This document shows positions 1 to 11,998 of a DNA stretch of 64,000 nt, one piece after another; position 1 is the first letter of the stretch, and each line of letters starts with the position of its first letter. This DNA comes from Eledone cirrhosa (lineage: Eukaryota): positions 95,418,001 through 95,482,000 of the forward strand of contig OZ024745.1 of the NCBI GenBank assembly GCA_964016885.1, read 5' to 3'. The notes below the pieces were generated by a model. The model did no database searches, was not told the origin of the DNA, and was given only the letters and a program-made list of their open reading frames with translations. The translations under genes and the position numbers were made by a program.

Positions 1-36
<36 letters not shown>
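1..36. repeat. (AC)n microsatellite
   Basis: Pure AC run at the window start. Confidence 0.95.
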
Positions 37-37
<1 letters not shown>

Positions 38-91
38 AGTATTTTAGTTCCTCTTTGTATAAAATAGTCCACTTGACATGCAATGGTCACA

Positions 92-449
92 TACTCTCGG
101 GTCTCAAATAACCGCCCCACACCCTGCTTATTAACTTTTCAGATTTTTCAACCCCAACGCTTCGCTTATTAAAGTTTATTAATTTATCTCCGGCGAAATT
201 TGTCTTTATACATTTAAAAACATTATACATGACAAAAAAATACATCACTAGAAATCCCATACGTTATAAAATCAATAGGATCTGTTAGGGTCTCAATATG
301 TAAACTAAACGACTAATTGTTTTGTTGTTTTATTAAATCAACGGAGACAGCCTAAAGAAATTACCAATTTTCCACCCCACCCCGCTTATTGCAACCACTC
401 CCACCCCCTCCTTATTTAACGCCCCGCCATTATTTGGTACCCGAGAATA
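92..449. mobile_element. Tc1/mariner-pogo-like MITE
   Basis: Imperfect TIRs tactctcgggtctcaaataa ... ttatttggtacccgagaata with TA at the termini; non-coding AT-rich interior. Confidence 0.6.
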
Positions 450-714
450 TACCTTTTCCGTATATTTTACGTTTCGAATGTTGGTTGAAACAAAAAAAAA
501 ATTTGCTCAAGTAATTCGTTTCTTCAAGAAATAAAACTCCGCTTCTTTCATTTTATGACATCAGTTCTGTTAGTTCTAAGGGCGATCAGAAACAGACCAG
601 GACTGCTAAACGACTTGCGGCCAATCTGCACCCTCTATTTGTAACTGCTTTGATTTAACGCCCAAGGTTTCACAAAGAAGCAACAAGATAGAGGAGAGAG
701 ATGAAGGTCCTTCG

Positions 715-985
715 ATCATGACTAGCTATTACATTGCACCTGGAAAGTTCCTCTCCAAGGACAAGATGTGTTGTGGAAGACTAGCAGTTACACACGCATT
801 CTAGTCTCCACTCTCCTCACCAAGGAAAAGGGCCAGGTCTGATACAGTGTCGTCACAACTTTCTTTTCGGCTGAATGATTATGAAATAAAGTGTTTTGCT
901 CAAATATACAACGTGCCGTTCAGCCCAAGAATCGAACTCATGACCTTACGATTATGAGCCCAACACCTTAAGCACTAGTCACACA
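715..985 (-). mobile_element. Decayed tRNA-derived CORE-type SINE
   Basis: Reverse complement gives A-box/B-box-like head (gagttcgattc) followed by ttgagcaaaacactttatttca, shared with copies at 13047 and 62215. Confidence 0.55.
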
Positions 986-1467
986 CAACTAGAAATGTCT
1001 CATAAAGACAGCATCTGCTTTCCGTCCAACGTGGGATTGCACATTTAATTGTACGGTATCGTTGTAATTTGAGCTGGCATCAAACTAACCTTCTAGCTAA
1101 CAATATATCTATTTTACAAGAGGTGAAAGTGAAGATTGTCCAGTCAGGTCAGATATTTCTCGGGCGTTATACACGGCGGTCTGGCAATATTATGTCAGCA
1201 AAACGATAAAATATGACTGCGAAATAGCAAAGATAACAGCCAAATTTCCCTCAAATCATATTATACTCTCTTAAGAAAGTGGAAGAATACATTGGATAAT
1301 ATAGTTCTATAAAGAAAAGACAAGATGAATTCAGCTGGAACATTTTTTCATCATAGATTTGTTCGATAAGATCTGGCCGAGAAAGAGTATAAACATAAAT
1401 TACGTTTTTTAGACTCTTGTGTTTACAATAAATCCTTTTCAAGGGAAATAAACGCTTTATTCAGGGG

Positions 1468-1606
1468 AAATAACTGTTTCTACTTTTGGCACAAGGCCAG
1501 CAATTACCCAGTGCATTACTGGTACTTTATTTTATCGACCCCGTAAGGATGAAAGGCAAAGTCAACCTCGGCGGGATTTAAACTCAGATCGTAAAGGGAC
1601 GTAATT
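1468..1606 (-). mobile_element. SINE family A (tRNA head plus gcctttcatccttacggggtcgataaaataaagtacc domain), 5'-truncated
   Basis: Near-identical to the full copy at 15639-15822. Confidence 0.85.
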
Positions 1607-3809
1607 CAGGGGAAATAACTCAATGTAAATATGAATATAAAGTACAATCGCGGAAAACCTATACGATCGTTCGGTGTGCTAGAAATGACAGCCAAATTCC
1701 CATTAAATCGTATCCCAAAGAGTTATCATTAGATAATGTCATCGTAGTTACACTACACCTGAAAACAAAGAACATGATAATTGACGCTTTAACTATTGTG
1801 ATCATGTCCTTCTCAATGAGAGTTCACCAATACGGAAAAGGTATATTCTCGGGTACCAAATAATGGCGGGGCGTTAAATAAGGAGGGTGTGGGAGTGGTT
1901 GCAATATTGTTTAATTATAAATTGTTTACTCTGCAGATAAGTCAAAGTGAATTTTAACTGTTTGATATTTGGTTTGGTACTTTGTGAGACCCCTTATAGT
2001 AAGTCTTGTAAATGCGTGTGTGTATATATATACAATATATTAATAAATGGAAACTATATTTATAAAACCATATTTATTTTATTATATATATTTCAAGGGC
2101 AACCAAGGCAAATTATGGTGCGCTTTCATCAGATAAAATACAGATTTTTTTTATAAATAAATATTGACATACCCGGAAAAAAAGACAACCTTAACGCTTG
2201 GAGCTTCATGGATAGTTAAATCCCAACAAATTAAATATAACCTCTGCATATATATATATTTCAAAACATACATACTTGTCATATATATATCTGTTAGAAC
2301 ACGAAAAGTGTGAAACAACAGAATGTTCACTTTTCGTGTTCTAACATATATGCCTAACATCTTCATAAATTTTCCCGGGATAGCCGTGGTGGTGGTGATC
2401 GTATGTCATTGGCTAATTTTCAACCAATCAGAGTAAGTGTTGATATATATATACTATTCCCCCTCTCTCTATATATATCTTACGCTTTACACTCCTCCCC
2501 TTCAATAACACATTTCCCCCTCTCTATATATCTCTTCCACTGTTACTTACGCCTGTTTCTCTCTATCTGTTCCGTCTTTATATATATCTCTCTTACTCTT
2601 TCGCTTTGCACTCCTCCCCTTCAATACCATATCTCCCCCTCTCTATATATTTGTTACTCTATCGCTGCACGCTCCTCTCCTTCAATATATCAATTACACA
2701 CGCTTTACACTCCTTTATCCCCAGCGCCCCTATATATACACTCCCCCTCCCGCATCTATATTTTAATGTTCCGTTGCACCGTGAATATATGTGTCTATAT
2801 ATATATATATACATGTATATATATGTATATATATATATATACATATATATTGTATATACACATTCATGTATGTGTATACACACTCATGTATGTATATACA
2901 CTGGTTTTATGTGTGTATTGTAAATTTGTACTGTTAAAACACGAAACTAACATTCGATTGACACTTTGATTACCTGTACAGGCAATAGTTATTAGAATGC
3001 TGTTGAAGTGTGTATATATTTTTGGGGGACATCCTGTATATACACACATTATATATAATACAATAAATAGATAAATACACACATATATATATGAGCTTAT
3101 TTAATTATAAATATTGTGAATTTTTAACTCAGTTCAATTATATATATAAATGGCTTCTACAGGATTAGAACTGTTTCATTCGAAAGAAATCATCATAATA
3201 TTGGGAGGGGGGACTAGATAAAATATTTCAAATCAAATGTGTATAAGTTATAAGTTAAAATGTATAAATAGAGACGATAGTGGAGGTATATCTGTTTAGT
3301 GGAACAGTTGACGATAGAATTAAATACAGACGAGAATCTCCCTTTAATGAAACAGCAGACGATAGAATTAAGGCAATTTAAATTTTAAGCATTTGCATTT
3401 CATCGTTACGGGGTCGATAAAATAAAGAACCAGTAATACACTGTCACTATAAGTAGACGACTTTCAAATTGAATTGTTGGTTCCATTTCTTTAGTATTTT
3501 CAATTGTAGTTATCTACTTAAAAAGCGTTACACGGTTAGAGACATAATTGGTAAGTTATATCTTCCCTATTAAACCATTGCATTATTTCGCCTACAATAG
3601 AACAAAAATGAAATGTTCTTTAAAGAAACAGGAATATAACTTTATAAAAAAAAAAGTTGCATCCGCTTCTTTTATCATTGATAATTTTTTCGTTTTAATA
3701 TTAATTGTTTTTTGTAGTTGTTTATATTAAAAATCTTACTGTAATATTTACTTAAACGAAGGCAGACATCTAAACTTATAGATTAATCTTGAGCGCAGGA
3801 CTAGATAAA

Positions 3810-3858
<49 letters not shown>

Positions 3859-4199
3859 GAAGAATGATAACATTTCAAGCAAAGAGTTTAATTAGGTAAT
3901 GACTTACAAATTTGTTTCAGTATATATTTAATATAATATTAATATATTTTGTAATATTATTAACTAATTATTATAATCAGCGCTTCAGGCTTTGTCTATA
4001 TACTGAAACAAATTTGTAAGTCATTACCTAATTAAACTCTTTGCTTGAAATTTTATCACTCTTCGTTTTGAATTTCTCCTAAGTATTCAATACTCTGTTG
4101 AGAAATACATTTTACATAAACAGTCTTTGTACCATTTATACGGTATTAATTACTTATATTTATATATATATATATATATAGCATATGATTAGAACTGTG

Positions 4200-4320
4200 T
4201 TTATTATTAATATTTTAATGGATTTAATGAAAAATTTTAGGTGTTCATATATATATTCTAAAAATGCGCGAAATCGTGAATCCGCGATAGTTGAACCGCC
4301 AAGTAGCGAGGTATCACTGT
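4200..4320. mobile_element. Terminal fragment of a Tigger/pogo-like DNA transposon
   Basis: Ends in ...gaatccgcga...gaaccgc...gcgaggtatcactg-TA, a typical Tigger-like terminus. Confidence 0.55.
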
Positions 4321-4347
4321 ATATATGTTTAAATATATAGTGTAGCT

Positions 4348-4812
4348 GTGATGTATCTCGCGAGTGAATCGAGACCTGTCACTGATTTTGATGTCCCCAC
4401 TGCCGATGTGAATGAGCAACGCTGCACTTGTGAATTGGGTCTTGATGTTGCAGGCAGTTCATATACTTACAATGATGCGGTCCCACAAGCTTGTTCACAT
4501 TCCTGTGCTAATAATCTAGATGGGCGTATTAAATTGGATGTGAAAGCAGCTTACCGGATGCGGATTCGGGAGAAGTTGAGACAAAAACAGGCCGATTATA
4601 GAGCTGTGAATTTTGCTAAATTAACACAAAAACAGGCCAAGTATAGATGTTCAAAACGGTATGAGTTGGCAAACAAGCAGGCCAAGTATAGATCTGCAAA
4701 TTCAGCTATTATATCTCAAACGCAAGCCGAGCGTAGAGCTTCTAAACGTACCGAGTTGGCTAAAGAGCAGACCAAGTACAGATCTGCAAATATCTTATTG
4801 CACAAACAATAA
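4348..4812 (+). other. Orphan ORF with five basic 15-aa tandem repeats (KQAxYR...); possibly a Helitron Rep/Hel N-terminal fragment
   Basis: KQADYRAVNFAKLTQ / KQAKYRCSKRYELAN / KQAKYRSANSAIISQ / TQAERRASKRTELAK / EQTKYRSANILLHKQ; higher GC than flanks. The Helitron link is inference. Confidence 0.4.
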
Positions 4813-5009
4813 TTCTGCACAAATGTTGCTCCATTATTAGATCTAATGTTGCAACGATACAGTTAAATGTTGTCTGTGTATTTTAAAAAAGATTTGCTTA
4901 TAATCTTTTCAAATTTCATTACGCCAATGATTCAAGCTCAAATTGACATTATCTAAAAAATTGTACAAACAGCGGTGGATTAGCAGTAGTGAACAGATAA
5001 ATCAGTCAA

Positions 5010-5678
5010 TTTATTAAGATTGACTTGGCATCAATCAGCAAGACCTTCATTAGCTGCCCTCCAGCCATCTATTTAAAGCTGTATACATCTATGGTACGAA
5101 TACACTTGGAGTTCGCGTCATCAGTCTGGAACCCCTATCTTGCTCAGAACATTGACCTCCTGGAAACTGTTCAGAGACATGCAACCAAGCGCATACCCTC
5201 CATCAGACACCTACCATACCCTGAATATTTTGCTTCCCTCTGGCAATGGACTTGGTAAACACCCACAAAGTTATTAACCATCCGACCAACAACAACCCCG
5301 AACACCTTTTTGATCTCCATGTGTCTAACACGTGGACATGCCTACAAAGTCAGAAAACAACACAGCTCCCATGACTTTAGGAAATATTTCTTCATGCTCA
5401 GAGTTGCTGAAGGATGGAACAAACTTCCTGCATCAGTTGTTAGCTGATGACACACTGCATCCTTTAAAACCATCATACATTCCGAAATACACCAAAACTA
5501 CACCTGATGTCCCCCTTCCATACACATGCACATATGTGTATATCATGACTCATGCACTGTTCTTTTTTCCTGACGTTTTTATATTACCCTATGTATTATA
5601 TATGCACTTTTGATGAGTTGTAGTGCACCTCAGCATTGTACACAATATTTTCATTATTATTATCATTATTATTATTAC
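5010..5678 (+). mobile_element. CR1-group LINE 3' fragment, decayed
   Basis: LYTSMVRIHLEFASSVWNPYL..NIDLLETVQRHATKRIP is the CR1/L2 RT C-terminal signature; ends in an (ATT)n tail. Confidence 0.85.
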
Positions 5679-6139
5679 ACTCATTGATCCATTTTGCACT
5701 AACTCTGCATCAAGCACCCTCACCTAAATATTAACCAATCAAGGATCCAATACAGCTATCTGTTGGATGAGTATTGTATAGTGCCAAAAACGAAACCAAT
5801 CAGTTTAGCAGAAAGTTTCCAGACAAGAAACACGCATATTTTGCTATCCTCAAACACGTTTACACATGGCATGAAATATAACTAATCCGAGATGGCTAGG
5901 TTTCATCTTCTAACTGGATATACGAAATCCATTATGTCTTGACAACAACATGAGGTAACATTATGTTATTCACAGACACACTTTGTACACTGTTCCATAT
6001 CAGAATGTATTTCCTTCGTCACATTCACAAACAGTATTGAAAATATGTTCTTCGGCAAATAAAAATGTTTTGTTCATAATATTTCAACTAGCGATTGCTC
6101 TACTCCACGCACGACCACCATAAATTAATGACCAGCTCA

Positions 6140-6275
6140 ACACAAGTATTGGTAGAGCGTCAGACACCATGCTTTGCAGTATTGTTATGGTCCTTTGCAT
6201 TCTAAGTTCAAATCCTGCCGAGGTTAACTTCGACTTTCATACTTACTAATTCGATAAAATAAAGTACCAGTAATG
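6140..6275 (+). mobile_element. SINE family A copy
   Basis: ggtagagcgtcagac...gttcaaatcctgccgaggttaac...gataaaataaagtaccagtaat. Confidence 0.75.
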
Positions 6276-7119
6276 GACTGCCGTAATGGATTTGTGCCGA
6301 AAAATAGAAACACTATTAATGTGCAATAAGAGCAAAATATAACGACATTGCTCAATTATTTTATCTAATGTTGTAATAACACAAGGAAATGTTGTTTGTG
6401 TATTTTTTTTTATATTTGCTCATAGGCTTTTACAATTTCGCTCAGCCAACAACTATTAAAAAGTGAGTTGCTTAAGATAACAATTTAATCACAAATTGTT
6501 GCTATCTTTTAATACACTCCAACAAGTCATCAAATTATGTACAATAAAAACAAATCTTATTAATTTGCTCAGGGAATATAAAGAAAATGTATATACACTG
6601 ATAATTGCAATTGTATGTAAATATTTTGTTTTTGTATTGTTTATTTTATGTTTTCTATTATGTATAATATATTGATTTAATATTGATTGTTTTTTGTAGT
6701 TGTTTATATTAAAAGTCTGAAAATATTTTTATACATCTTACACTAATATTTATAAGATAATTTATAATAACAATTACATAATCTAATTACATTACAACGA
6801 TAATTTATTATTAATATATATCCTGTTTAACTAGAGTTATTACAAGCGTTGCCTTAAAAAAATATTAAACTAGACATGAAAAATGCGCAAGCTCAAAAGT
6901 GCCACAGAATGTTATAATAAACCTTCAAAAGTGTGGGACTAGAGTTGTTGCTAAAAAATATTGTAATCATTATATATCGTACATTCTGTGGCATCCTTTA
7001 TAAAAATAGCTTAAACCAACGAAGCCTTTATTTTTACGCTATTTCACTTAGTTAATTCTTAGAGTGTAACATATAAAAATATGATTTACAACTATAAAAT
7101 AAATTAATTAATATAATAA

Positions 7120-7207
7120 CAGAGCTGCAGAGCTGAAATTTAGGAAATAATGGAGTATCGGATCCTGAGTTGGAGCCAGTCAATTTTTGGCCGACTCCGC
7201 AGCCCTG
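7120..7207. mobile_element. Short hAT-like MITE
   Basis: TIRs cagagctgcagag / ctccgcagccctg; near-perfect 8-bp TSD tataataa / tataatac. Confidence 0.7.
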
Positions 7208-7872
7208 TATAATACATTTCATATTAAAGTTATTAATAAACCTATTTTACACTGCATGCAAATTACCATGAGATATTGATATTAGATATAAGATACAGCG
7301 CAATATCTACAGCTGTAAAAGTACGAAAGCGAAGTAATAATAAGTGGCTTAAGGTAATTCCAATATGAAAGTTTGTAGTGATAAAAATTTGATAATGCAA
7401 TACGATTGTTAATATTATAGTTCTATGAAAATGTAACAATAGATAACTAAATTATTTTACTATTAGTATATTTAAGAAATTATCATTATAGATTTGATCG
7501 TTCATATAAGCATCATATTAATTTTCAACACAATTATTTTGTTACTATGAGTATATGATAATAATTGTTTCTACGTTAGGCACAAGGCCAGCAATCACCC
7601 AGTGTATTACTGGTACTTAATATTACGTAATTATTTATAGCTGTTATTACATTAAACATAGATGTATTTATTTTTATATGTTACACTCTAAGAATTAACT
7701 AAGTGAAATAGCGTAAAAATAAAGGCTTCGTTGGTTTAAGCTATTTTTATAAAGGATGCCACAGAATGTACGATATATAATGATTACAATATTTTTTAGC
7801 AACAACTCTAGTCCCACACTTTTGAAGGTTTATTATAACATTCTGTGGCACTTTTGAGCTTGCGCATTTTTC

Positions 7873-7932
<60 letters not shown>

Positions 7933-8053
7933 CAAGTAAGTATGTTTTGAAACAGTGAGCAGGTTTGAAATTAGAAAACAGAATAGCTTTCACCGTATTT
8001 TAGACTAAAGAAATTTTAGCCTGATAATGGGGTTTAGAACCCTCAGATAAATG

Positions 8054-8102
<49 letters not shown>

Positions 8103-8222
8103 GGTAGCTATGGTGCTTCCATGGGCGGTATGCCAAAATTAGCATTCGATATTCAGCAGAGTAGAGTGTAGATAGTATAAAGAAAACGAAAAATCAGTGA
8201 TGCATCTGGACTTAATTTATTG

Positions 8223-8313
8223 CGTGTTACAATTGTTTCGCCGGCAGGTAGCTCGAGACATGGTCCCTGTATGGATCTGGGTGATTCTACGGCTGCAGGT
8301 TCTTTCAGACACG
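8223..8313 (-). ncRNA. Type I hammerhead ribozyme-like motif with long stem II
   Basis: Minus strand reads cgtgt CTGAAAGA [~60 nt with gcag/ctgc and gtag/ctac pairings] GAAA caattg TA acacg, then aataaa. Stem I is cgtgt/acacg, stem III is palindromic, and the core has one extra A. Confidence 0.6.
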
Positions 8314-8971
8314 GGTAGTTCGTTCGGAGCAAATTTTATCACTGGGGTGTTATCATAAAAAAACACCCTAAAAAAAAACCTCTTCCACTCTTGTCATGCC
8401 ATTGGCTGTTTTTACTCCACGTCATCATAAGTTCTGGTCAGTATTTACTGCTACACGGGTCATCAGCCATTTTCCGTCCGACACACTTCAATGGAGTCAT
8501 GCTGGGTTCAGTATCTCACACGTCTGTTCACACTCCAGAGTAAGCACCCACACATACGAATATACACACACATGCAGACACAGACACATGCGTAAAAAAA
8601 ACCTCACTTTCTAATATATATATATAGTACAATATATTCACTGAAGGGAGTTTAGCGTGAATAATCGGTTTAATATACTGTACCACATTCTTTCGTAGTG
8701 ATGAAAGTTTATGTTTGATTAATTATCTATTGTTCGAACTGTCTAGAACACATGAGACTGCTGATCCATGGCCATTTCCACTCAATACTAAATGCTTGAA
8801 ATCTGTTGCTATTATGAAGTTAATTGTTAAATCACACCCTATAGTTCCGAAACAGAATCAACCATTAGCTTTTGACATTGATGTATGATCATTAATCAGG
8901 GCTGTTCTTTTGCAAGATAAACGGAAACTACAAATTTCCTTTTTCTCTTAGAAAACAATTTAAATAGAGGT

Positions 8972-9142
8972 TTAACCCTTTAGCATTTACATTACTCTAT
9001 ATATACTATTGTATTTTTGTTGTAAAGGCTTTATCTCACATAATATCGAATCTATAAGTTTTTGATATTATTTATTTTGAGAACAATATCTTAACATCAG
9101 TATGAGCGGCCAGTTACAGCCGGTTTAAATGCTGAAGGGATA
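8972..9142. mobile_element. piggyBac-like MITE (ttaa-ccctttagcattta...taaatgctaaaggg-ttaa family)
   Basis: TTAA+CCCTTT terminus; same internal sequence as 13813-14028, 27370-27514, 30073-30289 and 61541-61768. Confidence 0.7.
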
Positions 9143-9242
9143 ATAATTGTTTATACTTTTGGCACAAGGCCAGCAATTATTCCAGTGCATTACTGATACT
9201 TTATTTTGTCGACCCCGTAAGGATGAAAGGCAAAGTTAACCG
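9143..9242 (-). mobile_element. SINE family A 3' part
   Basis: Matches the family A tail and central domain. Confidence 0.75.
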
Positions 9243-9294
9243 CGTTCTGATTTAGGCACAAGGCCAACCATTTGGAGAGTGAGGAAAGTGGATT

Positions 9295-9296
<2 letters not shown>

Positions 9297-9346
<50 letters not shown>

Positions 9347-9428
9347 GGTGGTGGTGGTGGTGGTGGTGGTGGTGGTGGTGGTGGTGGTGGTGGTGGTGGT
9401 GGTGGTGGTGGTAGTAGTAGTAGTAGTA
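9297..9428. repeat. Compound (TAG)n(TGG)n(TAG)n microsatellite
   Basis: Directly visible. Confidence 0.95.
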
Positions 9429-9584
9429 GGTGGGGAGCGGTGGCAGCATAAGCATCTACAGCAAATAGTGGGTGATGAAGTAAATAACCACCGAAACATC
9501 TAGAAATCTCGCAAGAAAACTGATAATAGATATAATGCGTTGGTCTCAAGGAACATATTTGTATGAATAGTCGGTTGGGGAGTT

Positions 9585-9720
9585 TTCTCCATTCTGTCCG
9601 CTGGGGCCGTGGGACAGCGGGCATGTGGGACCTCATTTGCTTATAATAAAGAGAGATGGAGAGGGCGAGAGAGTTGGAGGCGATGACAGTGGGAGTTCGG
9701 CTCTTCTGTGTTCGGACCTG
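9585..9720 (+). mobile_element. 3' end of a CRE-like non-LTR element
   Basis: Reverse-complement match to 24801-24930, the ORF end and 3'UTR of the CRE-like fragment. Confidence 0.65.
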
Positions 9721-9791
9721 GTCTGCAGCGTCAGTTGTCTGTAAAGAGGTAATGATTCATCTACTATTATAGAGTAGATATCTGCCCTGTG

Positions 9792-10000
9792 AAGGCGCGT
9801 GGCTGGGTGGTAAGACAATTGGACTCTCAATCGTCAGGTTGTGAATCGATTCCTGGAACGGGCGATGCGTTATGTCCTTGGGCAAGACACTTTATTTCAC
9901 GTTGCTCCTTCTACCTGGAGTTGCGACCGATAGAAAGTACTAGCAATTGGAAAGACCAATGGAAACATTGTTTCCTCGGTCCGATTTGACGAAAGTCAAT
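9792..10000 (+). mobile_element. tRNA-derived CORE-type SINE
   Basis: ggcgcgtggctgggtggtaag...gaatcgattcc...tgtccttgggcaagacac; tail shared with 22635-22840. Confidence 0.8.
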
Positions 10001-10189
10001 CGACTGTCACATCTGCCCTATAAAGAATTGAATAGTTAAAGAAAAGTTCTTATTTGTTAAAAAAAATGCGTCTCATTCGATTGCGTCGTTATGTAGCGTG
10101 AGAAGAACAATTTCTTGCAAAGACGAAAACACATTTATGCTATGAAAGAAATCATTGGACTAATATTGTATTTAGAATAACCGAATGTT

Positions 10190-11660
10190 TTTATTTGTAG
10201 TCCGTGTTATTCAGGGCAAGGTAAGAAGAGTGAACTATAGGGAGCTGGGAGGGAGAAACTAAACTAAAATAAAATACAATAAACGGGGTTGATAAACGGT
10301 ACTCATTTTGTGTTTTATTGTTCGTTTTGAACCTAAATTTTAGTTGAAGGTGTATGTATAGAAAGATGGGTGTGTAAGAGTTAATGTTAGAATTAAAATT
10401 AGGATTAGGGTTAGAGTTAGAATTAGGATTAGGATTAGTGTTAGTATAGTTACCGTGAACGATTACATGTCTGCAGTCTACGAGCCTTGTTGCTGGGTTA
10501 GTATTGTTCACTTGATAGTGAGTACTTTCGGAATATAGTCCTTCACCATACTATATTATTCTATATTATTCCTGGCTTTGAAAATCCATTACCTGTTGGA
10601 GTATGTGTGTAGGTGTTTCCACGTATCCAGATCACTCCAACAGTTTAAGGTAGACACCCGCTTCCTAATAAGATGTACCCCGCTATTCGTAGGCATACCG
10701 TACCTCTTTGCAACGCAAGTATTTTTGTGGTTATGCTCCTTCCACACATTTCTTTGTGTTGAAACACTGCGCTTGGAGGCGTCGCTTTTACAAAATATTC
10801 CTGTATTCTGTTATGCAGTTGGCGTTTCAGGGAACCGATGTAGTTGGCTCCGCATGCGCAGTTCAAATCATACACTAAACGATCTCTCAAGCATATTGGT
10901 TTTGAATTGTTGTTGTTATTTCATGTAATAGTGTATTTTTTGACAAGGCATCTCCGAAGGAAATAGGCGTCTTCTTCAATGCTTTGCGTGTGGCGTCGTC
11001 TCAACGTCCTTCTCCGCATGTTGTGTAGTTCATTAAACATATAAATTTCCTCCACCTCGTCCCTGGAATGGGTTAGCAGTAGTGCGTCATCTACGTGTCT
11101 CCGACACATAATGATGTCTCATCTGGAGTGTACTGCTCTTCTTTCCAGGCTATACATTGTTAGAATTGCCAGGGTTCCGCTGAGTCGAAATCCCATCGGA
11201 AGGCCACTAACTTGCCTGTAGGTGGTGTTTTTATACCTGAAGGATAAGTTCGTAGAAAATTCCAGGAGCGAGGTGAGGCCTGCTAATGGAAAGTTTGCCA
11301 CGAGTCTCTGGCCTTCCTCTTGGCGCTGTTGAACTGAACGTATGACCTTAGCTGTTGGTATACTGTTGGTATACTGGTTATTTGTTAATTTTTGTTGTCT
11401 TATTGGAGATTCTGTGAAGGAGTTCTATAAGCTGTCGGCTATTTTCGAGGTGTGTTGGTATGTGTGCAATTAGTGGTTGTAGTAGCCTTGCTAAGAGCCA
11501 TTCTATTTTCCAGAGAGGGGATCTAGTGCTGGCGATGATCGGGCCTACTTTTAGATGGGTTAGGTCTCTGGTATCCTTGTGAGTCTTGATAAGGCAGTCG
11601 AATCACGTCATTGTGGAGCGGTATGCAAGGCAGCTCTGTTTCCGTCAGTGTCCAATATGG
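10190..11660 (-). mobile_element. Decayed Penelope-like retroelement (RT plus C-terminal GIY-YIG)
   Basis: Fragments YRQVSGLPMGFRLSGTLAIL, RRHVDD (YVDD equivalent) and VYDLNCACGANYIGSLKRQLHNRIQE (GIY-YIG); many stops and frameshifts; degenerate hammerhead at ~10514-10554. Confidence 0.85.
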
Positions 11661-11844
11661 TCATATTATGCTCCTGTAACTCCTGATGGAGTCATATGGA
11701 CCCCATAGTGGTATATGACGTCTCTTGGTCATTTTATGCCCGGTGAAGCCCATCCCTCACCAGATGAACACAGCAGATGTCTTCCAGAGAAGAATAGGAA
11801 GTGAGAGAAAGGAAGTGAGAAAATAGATATAGAGAAAGGATCAA

Positions 11845-11998
11845 CCCCAGTAATAGACTGATGCTTCTTTTATCGACCTCGAAAAGATGACTGCAAAGTT
11901 TACCTCGGCGGGATTTGAACTCAGATAGCTGAGAGCCAGAATGAATACTGCAAAGCCTTCAATCCGAAGTTCTAACGACTCTGTTAATTCGCTACCTT
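11845..11998 (-). mobile_element. Diverged SINE family A copy
   Basis: tttatcgacctcgaaaagatga...cctcggcgggatttgaactcag. Confidence 0.7.

Noticed and set aside
2403-3082. ORFs of 72-188 aa rich in Y/I/S/L
   Set aside because: Translations of CT-rich and (TA)/(TG) low-complexity repeats.
8016-8112. Possible hammerhead (tagcCTGATAA...tagcta) split by (TA)n
   Set aside because: G8 and the GAAA box are not intact; too degenerate to support.
9190-9636. Poly-Pro, poly-His and poly-Thr ORFs
   Set aside because: Translations of the (TAG)n(TGG)n microsatellite.
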